A stretch of 60,670 bases of DNA from an uncultured Syntrophobacteraceae bacterium (GTDB lineage Bacteria > Desulfobacterota > Syntrophobacteria > Syntrophobacterales > Syntrophobacteraceae), in contig CAZGQL010000005.1 of NCBI GenBank assembly GCA_964527905.1, positions 1-60,670 of the forward strand, written 5' to 3'. The position numbers were made by a program, and so were the translations under genes. The notes beneath the pieces are model-generated. The model was not told the DNA's origin and did not search any database. It worked only from the letters and a program-made list of their open reading frames with translations. Below, one piece after another: positions 55,196 to 60,670 of the stretch (position 1 is its first letter; each line of letters begins with the position of its first letter).

Positions 55196-56017
55196 TTACC
55201 TGCCGATGAGGGACAGGATTTGCTGCGGAGCCTGGTTGGCCTGGGACAGCATGGCGATGCCGGTCTGCTGCAGGATCTGGTTCTTGGTGAAGACCGTCAT
55301 TTCGTAAGCCATGTCCGCATCACGAATGGCGGATTCCGACGCCGCGAAGTTCTCGATGGTGATCGCCAGGTTCTCGATCGTGTACTGCAGGCGGTTCTGG
55401 TAGGCGCCCACATTCGCCATGTATGAGTTCATGCTCGAGAGGGCACTGTCGAGGGCCAGCATCGCATTCGACGCGGCGGCCGCGGTGCCGATCGTCACAG
55501 ATCCCAAGTTCAAGGCCCCTGTGCTGACGGCGGTGAAAACGAGGGCAAGCACGTTATCCCCTCCGCCGCTGCCGGCTCCGACCTGGAACGTGTACGTAGC
55601 CGTCGCATTCGTGACGGTCATGTTGCCGTACTTGGTCGAACCGGCGATTCGATCGATTTCCGCTCGCAGTGCGGTGAATTCGGTGTCCAGTTTGTCACGC
55701 TGTTCCGTCTGGTCGGAAGCTGCCTGGGTGGCCAAATCACGCATCCGAACCAGGATGTCGGTGATCTTGTTGTAAGCGCCATCGGCCACTTGGAGCATCG
55801 AGTTGGCCTCCGTGGCGTTTTGGCTGGCTACCCTCATGGACGAGATCTTCGCCCGGAAATTGTTGGCCACCGCGAGGCCGGACGCATCGTCTCTTGCCGA
55901 GTTGATGCGCTTCCCGGATGACAACCTCTTGAGCGAATCGGCGACCTTGTTGTTGGTGATCACCAGGTTGTTGTGGACATTGATTGCTTCGACATTGGTA
56001 TTGACTCGAAGTGCCAT
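55196..56017 (-). CDS. fliC: Flagellin (short, 273 aa), copy 1
   Basis: MALRVNTNVEAINVHNNL...LSSGKRINSARDDASGLAVANNFRAKI... and C-terminal AYQNRLQYTIENL...ILQQTGIAMLSQANQAPQQILSLI. GGAGGAA SD. Confidence 0.95.
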   Translation of the reverse strand: MALRVNTNVEAINVHNNLVITNNKVADSLKRLSSGKRINSARDDASGLAVANNFRAKISSMRVASQNATEANSMLQVADGAYNKITDILVRMRDLATQAASDQTEQRDKLDTEFTALRAEIDRIAGSTKYGNMTVTNATATYTFQVGAGSGGGDNVLALVFTAVSTGALNLGSVTIGTAAAASNAMLALDSALSSMNSYMANVGAYQNRLQYTIENLAITIENFAASESAIRDADMAYEMTVFTKNQILQQTGIAMLSQANQAPQQILSLIGR

Positions 56018-56115
56018 GGTATTCCTCCATGAATGTGCTCGGTGTGACGTCCATGTCACACGCTAGTCCTAAAACTCTCACCTTAACCTACAGCTGGTGT
56101 TGCTCTCTGTGACCA

Positions 56116-56143
56116 CTATCGGAACCTGCCCGGCACTCCTTGA
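56116..56143 (-). promoter_or_regulatory. sigma28 promoter upstream of flagellin copy 1: TCAAG-N15-TCCGATAG
   Basis: On the minus strand: CTCAAGGAGTGCCGGGCAGGTTCCGATAGTG, with a 16-nt spacing; leader of about 90-100 nt. Confidence 0.65.
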
Positions 56144-56200
56144 GAACTTTTCTCCGGTCAGTTGCCCATGGCTGCGCGTCTTCCCGATCGCGGAGTCCCC

Positions 56201-56234
56201 AAAAAGCATACAGGGCAGCCCGAAGGCTGCCCTG
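56201..56234 (-). terminator. Rho-independent terminator after flagellin copy 2
   Basis: On the minus strand: CAGGGCAGCC-TTCG-GGCTGCCCTG, followed by TATGCTTTTT. Confidence 0.85.
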
Positions 56235-56279
56235 TATTGCCGAAAGAAGGCGCAACGTGAGTGGGATTGTCACTCACCG

Positions 56280-57098
56280 TTAGCGGTTGATGAGCTGCAT
56301 CAACTGCTGAGGGGCTTGGTTGGCCTGGGAGAGCATGGCGATGCCCGTTTGCTGGAGGATCTGGTTCTTGGTGAATTGGGTCATCTCATAAGCCATGTCG
56401 GCATCACGGATTGCCGATTCGGAGGAGGCGAAATTCTCGATGCTGATGGCGAGATTTTCAATCGTGTATTGGAGTCGGTTCTGGTAGGCCCCGACATTGG
56501 CCATATAAGTGTTCAGACTGGAGAGCGCCGAATCGATCGCGGCCATGGCCGATCCGGCTGCTGCTGCAGTGCTGATGGCGACGGATCCGACGCCGAGCGC
56601 GCCAGTGCTTACGGCCGTGAAGCTGATGGCGAGACTGTCGTTGTCGCTCGTGCCCGCTCCGATCTGAAAGGTGTAGGTTTGCGTCCCGTTGGTGACGGTC
56701 ATGCTACCGTACTTGGTTGATCCTGCAATTCGATCGATCTCCGACCTCAACGCCAGGAATTCTGTGTCGAGCTTGTCCCGTTGTTCCGTCTGGTCCGAAG
56801 CCGCCTGAGTTGCGAGGTCCCGCATTCGGATGAGGATATCCGCGATCTTGTTGTAGGCGCCGTCGGCCACCTGGAGCATTGAGATGGCCTCGGTGGCGTT
56901 CTGGCTGCAGACCCGCATGGACGAGATCTTTGCGCGGAAGTTGTTTGCGACCGCCAGCCCGGAAGCATCGTCCTTGGCCGAATTGATGCGTTTGCCTGAT
57001 GAGAGTCGCTTCAGGGACTCTGCGACCCGATTGCTGGATATCAGCAGATTGTTGTGCACATTGATTGCTTCAACGTTGGTGTTCACCCGTAAAGCCAT
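56280..57098 (-). CDS. fliC: Flagellin (short, 272 aa), copy 2
   Basis: Same N- and C-terminal flagellin domains as copy 1, roughly 85% identical by eye. AAGGAGGAA SD. Confidence 0.95.
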   Translation of the reverse strand: MALRVNTNVEAINVHNNLLISSNRVAESLKRLSSGKRINSAKDDASGLAVANNFRAKISSMRVCSQNATEAISMLQVADGAYNKIADILIRMRDLATQAASDQTEQRDKLDTEFLALRSEIDRIAGSTKYGSMTVTNGTQTYTFQIGAGTSDNDSLAISFTAVSTGALGVGSVAISTAAAAGSAMAAIDSALSSLNTYMANVGAYQNRLQYTIENLAISIENFASSESAIRDADMAYEMTQFTKNQILQQTGIAMLSQANQAPQQLMQLINR

Positions 57099-57246
57099 GA
57101 CCGTTCCTCCTTGAATTATCGTTTTCTGACCATTCTGCCAGGACTTGGCTGCCCAGGAATCCCCATCGTCTTTCTAAGAGACGTCTGTCTCTGAGCATTC
57201 GCTGATCCACGACAATAAACGGCTCTTCCCATCCATGCTGACTGGC

Positions 57247-58770
57247 TCATAAGCAAGTGCCATGCCAAGGCCTTGCCCTGTCTTCGCCCAGCTCCGGTTT
57301 CATGCCCCCAGCATCGCCCAGTCGATCTCGGCCTCGTGTCCCGTTCCTGCTGGTGGAAAAAACCGTTCTTCGATCGGCAAAGATTTCCTCTTCAATTCCA
57401 TCCATCGCCGATCGCTCATCTTGGAAACGGCCAGCCTGTGAATGGTCCCCCATCTGCCTGAGGGTATCGCCTAGGGCAGTTCGTGTTTTGGAATGGGTGG
57501 GGTCTTTTTCGAGACCCAGCTTGAACGTGGCGACGGCTTTACCGAGGAAGCCGCGTTGTTTGTACAAGCAACCCAGGAAATAGCACCCCATGGCGCTGAT
57601 TTCCCCCGCGCGTAGGGCGGATTCGTACGCCTGGAGGGCAATGCTCCACTCCCCCGCGTTGAGACCAATGAAGCCGAGGAGCTCCCAGACTTCGGAGGGT
57701 TTTGATGCGAGTGTCTGGGCCTCTTCAAGGCGTGCCATCGCCACGTCATATTCCTTCAATCGCAAGTGACCGAAGGCAATGTGAGCTAGTACCTTTTCAC
57801 GGCTAGGCATTGGTGCTGCGGGAAGAACGCTCCTCACCGTTTTGGACCCCAAGGCGCGCTCAAAACAGCGAATCGCCTTGCGTGGCTCCCGGCATTCCTG
57901 GAACACGAGCCCCAAGTCGAAGAGAGATCGTGCGTCTTCCCCAACGAGTGCCTGGGCCTTGGTCAAGTGCCGCAAAGCTTCCCGGCCGTGATCGGCTCGG
58001 CTGTGAAACCGAGCCAAGTGGAAATGAATGTTCATGGTGGTGCTCAAGTTCATCTGCCGTGCATGAGGCCCTGGGCTGTTCCAGGTTTGGGTTTGCATTC
58101 GGCGAAGGGCACGTTCCATGTGATCGATGGCTTCATCGAGGCGCCCCAAACTTTCGGAGCTCAGGGCCAAATAATAGTGTATGAATGCGTCGTCCCGCCC
58201 ATCATCACGTTCCTTTTTCAGTAGAGCAAGATTCCGCTCGATCTTGCCCCGGTGAATGTCCCTATGGAGGTACCCATGGTGGCGAATCACCACATCCACG
58301 GTGTGAGGTAGCAGGCCGTCGAGGCTCAATTGTTCATGAATGCGCCCAAAGAATCGGACATTGTTCCGACGCGGTACGCATCGGAGCTGAAAGAAAGAAC
58401 ATGTGGGTCCGTCCGCCCCCAGGTCTTCAAGGATAAAGTAGAAGGCGTTTCGGCCGTCGAAAGCCGCCTTCAATCCCACGATGCGCTCGGCCATCTCGGG
58501 TTCGACGCGATCGTCGGCGTCCATCCAGAGAACATAATCCCCCGTGGCCTTATCGAGGGAGCAGTTGCGCGCCGCCGAGAAATCGTCGCACCAGGGGAAG
58601 TCGAACACCCGATCGGTGTATCGCGACGCGATCTCCTTGGTGTTGTCCGAGGAGCCCGTATCGACCACGATGATCTCGTCGGCGAAGGAACTGAAGTTTT
58701 CGAGAGCCCCCGCGAGTTGATGGGCCTCGTCTTTGACGATCATGCAAACGGACAGGGACGGATGATTCAT
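57247..58770 (-). CDS. Family-2 glycosyltransferase fused to C-terminal TPR repeats (copy A)
   Basis: LSVCMIVKDEAHQL...IIVVDTGSSDNTKEIA...FDFPWCDDFSAARNCSL...WMDADD, then TPR-like repeats. Start is 58770 or 58782; the track start at 58797 is a TTG overlapping the upstream stop. Confidence 0.8.
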   Translation of the reverse strand: MNHPSLSVCMIVKDEAHQLAGALENFSSFADEIIVVDTGSSDNTKEIASRYTDRVFDFPWCDDFSAARNCSLDKATGDYVLWMDADDRVEPEMAERIVGLKAAFDGRNAFYFILEDLGADGPTCSFFQLRCVPRRNNVRFFGRIHEQLSLDGLLPHTVDVVIRHHGYLHRDIHRGKIERNLALLKKERDDGRDDAFIHYYLALSSESLGRLDEAIDHMERALRRMQTQTWNSPGPHARQMNLSTTMNIHFHLARFHSRADHGREALRHLTKAQALVGEDARSLFDLGLVFQECREPRKAIRCFERALGSKTVRSVLPAAPMPSREKVLAHIAFGHLRLKEYDVAMARLEEAQTLASKPSEVWELLGFIGLNAGEWSIALQAYESALRAGEISAMGCYFLGCLYKQRGFLGKAVATFKLGLEKDPTHSKTRTALGDTLRQMGDHSQAGRFQDERSAMDGIEEEIFADRRTVFSTSRNGTRGRDRLGDAGGMKPELGEDRARPWHGTCL

Positions 58771-58793
58771 TGGTGGCCCCATGAAAGAGATTC

Positions 58794-60575
58794 TCAACGT
58801 TGCTTCAAGACTTGATGTGCACGTGCTCTGTCGCCGACCGACGCGTAAAGTCCCGCAAGAGTCCGGCGGAAGGATGGATTTTCGGGAGCGAGAGCGATGA
58901 GACGCGAATAAACCTCGATGGCCTGCAGAAAGTCCCGCTGCTTGATGGACGCGATGCCCAGGGCCGCCAGGAAGACGGCATGGGACGGATGGCTTTCATT
59001 GAGGGCTCTAAGGGTGGGGAGCAGTTCGGGCAACCGGTTCTGGGTCGCGAAATACTCCATCACGCCGCCCAGGAGCGCTTCCACCTCGGCCAAACGGTGG
59101 TGCAGGAGTCCAAAGAGGCTTTCCATCGCTTTGCGATGTCCGTTGAGTGCCAGGGAAGAGACCAATTGCCCCAGCTGCTCAAAGGTCACGCGTTCCAGCA
59201 GATGATCTTTGCGTTCCAGAAGGGCAGGCAGACCGGAGCCCGTGCGTTTGTCCCGCGCGAGGAGAAGGAGTAGACGGAAGCTGCCCTCGACCGCCTCGGC
59301 GTCGAGTTCCCGGAATCCCATGAGTAGCTCGACGCATCGGTCCAGTGCTCCCAGCTTGAAATGCGATACGGCCAAGGCCAATGTGACTTTCTCCCGCTCC
59401 AGGCCCAAGGCAAGCGATTCCTCCAGATGGTGGAGGGCAGCGCTGTAGTTTTCCAGGTTTGCGAAGGCCAAACCCATGATGTGGTGGATTTCCGGATCCT
59501 GGCTGTTGATTTGGAGCATGCGACGCGCATAAATAACAGATTTATGGTAATCTCGGATGTTGGCAAAACAAACGGCAATAGCTTTCAGGATATCATACTC
59601 TGGTACGTGATATTCTTGAGGAATGGACGTTGTCTTTTTGTCTGTCGGAAGGTTGCAGTACTGGTAACAGTATAGAAGATGTGGAAGAGCTTCCTTATAC
59701 TTGTTGCTACTGTAATACGCTCTTCCTAGAAAATAATGTGCTGTATTTTGATTTGGTTTTATATTAAGCGATTGCTTGGCGCTCTCAATGGTTTTTTCGA
59801 TATTCCCAACCGTTAAATAAGTGGAACTCATGGCATTAAGCATCATTGCTTTAAGGCAGTCGTTGGTCTCCTCCAGCTCGAGGCCCTGCTCCAAGGCCTT
59901 GAGTCCCTCTTCGAGCCTCCCAATGGATGTGTATGTAGCTCCCAGGTAATAGAGCGCAAAGGGATCCTGCGGTGTTTGCTCAAGCCGCCGTTTCAGGATT
60001 TCCAGGTTCCGCTCAAGCTTGCCTCTGAGGGACACGCCATCGTCTCTGTAGCCCTCATGCTCGATAACAAACGGCGCGTTGGCCGTTCTGGCTCCGGCTC
60101 GCAGCAGAAAAGGCTCGACGGACTCGTGCACTTCCCGCTCGTAATGGATGCCGGGGAGCTTCCTAAAGAACCGGTAATTATGGCTCACGCTGTAATTGGA
60201 TTGGTCCTGCGCCCCACGGTGGCACACGATCAAGACCACGTAGCCATCCACCCCCGGGGCCATGGCCGCCTCGCGCAAAGCCTGCGGAGAACCCAGCAGG
60301 TCGAGGCGCTCGTCCGCATCGAGCTGGAGCACCCAGTCGCCCGTGGCGTGTCGCAGGGACTCGTTGCGGGCGGCGGCGAAATCATGGACCCAGTCGAAAT
60401 GATAGACACGGGCGCCGAAGGATCTGGCGATCTCGACCGTGCGGTCGGTGGAGCCCGTGTCCACGACCACCATTTCGTCCACATAGGGCGCAGCACTCGC
60501 GAGGCATCCGGGAAGGAATTTCTCCTCGTTTTTGACAATCATGCAAAGAGAGATGGTCGGCCCCGCGTGCATCAT
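58794..60575 (-). CDS. Family-2 glycosyltransferase fused to C-terminal TPR repeats (copy B)
   Basis: ISLCMIVKNEEKFL...MVVVDTGSTDRTVEIA...YHFDWVHDFAAARNESL...LQLDADE, then an extended TPR region. Confidence 0.8.
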   Translation of the reverse strand: MMHAGPTISLCMIVKNEEKFLPGCLASAAPYVDEMVVVDTGSTDRTVEIARSFGARVYHFDWVHDFAAARNESLRHATGDWVLQLDADERLDLLGSPQALREAAMAPGVDGYVVLIVCHRGAQDQSNYSVSHNYRFFRKLPGIHYEREVHESVEPFLLRAGARTANAPFVIEHEGYRDDGVSLRGKLERNLEILKRRLEQTPQDPFALYYLGATYTSIGRLEEGLKALEQGLELEETNDCLKAMMLNAMSSTYLTVGNIEKTIESAKQSLNIKPNQNTAHYFLGRAYYSSNKYKEALPHLLYCYQYCNLPTDKKTTSIPQEYHVPEYDILKAIAVCFANIRDYHKSVIYARRMLQINSQDPEIHHIMGLAFANLENYSAALHHLEESLALGLEREKVTLALAVSHFKLGALDRCVELLMGFRELDAEAVEGSFRLLLLLARDKRTGSGLPALLERKDHLLERVTFEQLGQLVSSLALNGHRKAMESLFGLLHHRLAEVEALLGGVMEYFATQNRLPELLPTLRALNESHPSHAVFLAALGIASIKQRDFLQAIEVYSRLIALAPENPSFRRTLAGLYASVGDRARAHQVLKQR

Positions 60576-60670
60576 TCGGTGCGTGTCCTGTCCAGACCCG
60601 GCGAAGGCGGGAATGTCTGGGAGCGCATCCCCGAAATCCCAAGCGTTGGATCCAACTCGGTGGCCCGATC

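Larger units (their letters stand above)
55196..57098 (-). repeat. Tandem direct duplication of a ~0.82-kb flagellin gene separated by a 262-bp spacer
   Basis: The first 18 residues and long N- and C-terminal blocks of the two products are identical. Differences cluster in the central approximately 60 residues. Confidence 0.85.

Noticed and set aside
57112-57135. AACGATAA upstream of flagellin copy 2 as a sigma28 -10 box
   Set aside because: No TCAA/TAAA box lies at the 15-16-nt spacing, and the element is only about 20 nt from the ATG, overlapping the SD context. It is inconsistent with the five well-formed sites.

Overview
This is a 60.7-kb high-GC window, about 58-60% GC by eye. Gene content suggests an anaerobic Deltaproteobacteria/Thermodesulfobacteriota-type genome, but that is inference only.

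Layout:
(1) 1-13 kb is an accessory-looking region. It holds a partial ABC solute-binding protein gene and a divergent pair of tRNA-Arg genes. A peroxiredoxin gene here is actually a selenoprotein with an in-frame UGA and a SECIS-like hairpin. The rest is decayed integrase/ISL3/IS3/IS21 fragments, a sulfatase-family gene, a Trx-like plus TrxR-like pair, an MFS transporter and a HisKA_3/NarL two-component pair.
(2) 13-37 kb is a large flagellar cluster: fliK-flgD-flgE, then fliLMNOPQR-flhBAFG-fliA plus two unknown genes, then flgFGAHIJ-flgN-flgKL, with flgM convergent.
(3) 37.5-45 kb is a minus-strand chemotaxis operon: cheR-cheD-REC-cheX-cheB-cheY-cheA-cheZ.
(4) 45-49.6 kb holds two unknown ORFs and a REC(SHOCT) / REC-GAF-HD-GYP / soluble histidine kinase operon.
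(5) 50-60.6 kb is a late-flagellar/filament region: flaG, a lipoprotein, rfbD, fliD, two fliS, a FliT-like ORF, two tandem flagellins and two GT2-TPR glycosyltransferases.

Two promoter families can be read directly from the sequence. Four sigma54-type sites match TGGCAT-N5-TTGCT or a close variant. Five strong sigma28-type sites match TCAAG-N15-nCCGAT.

Two genes (fliD and a lipoprotein) are each broken by a 1-nt shift at a GGGGC run. No rRNA genes, CRISPR arrays or intact mobile elements were seen. Many long ORFs in the six-frame track are antisense shadows of the real genes.
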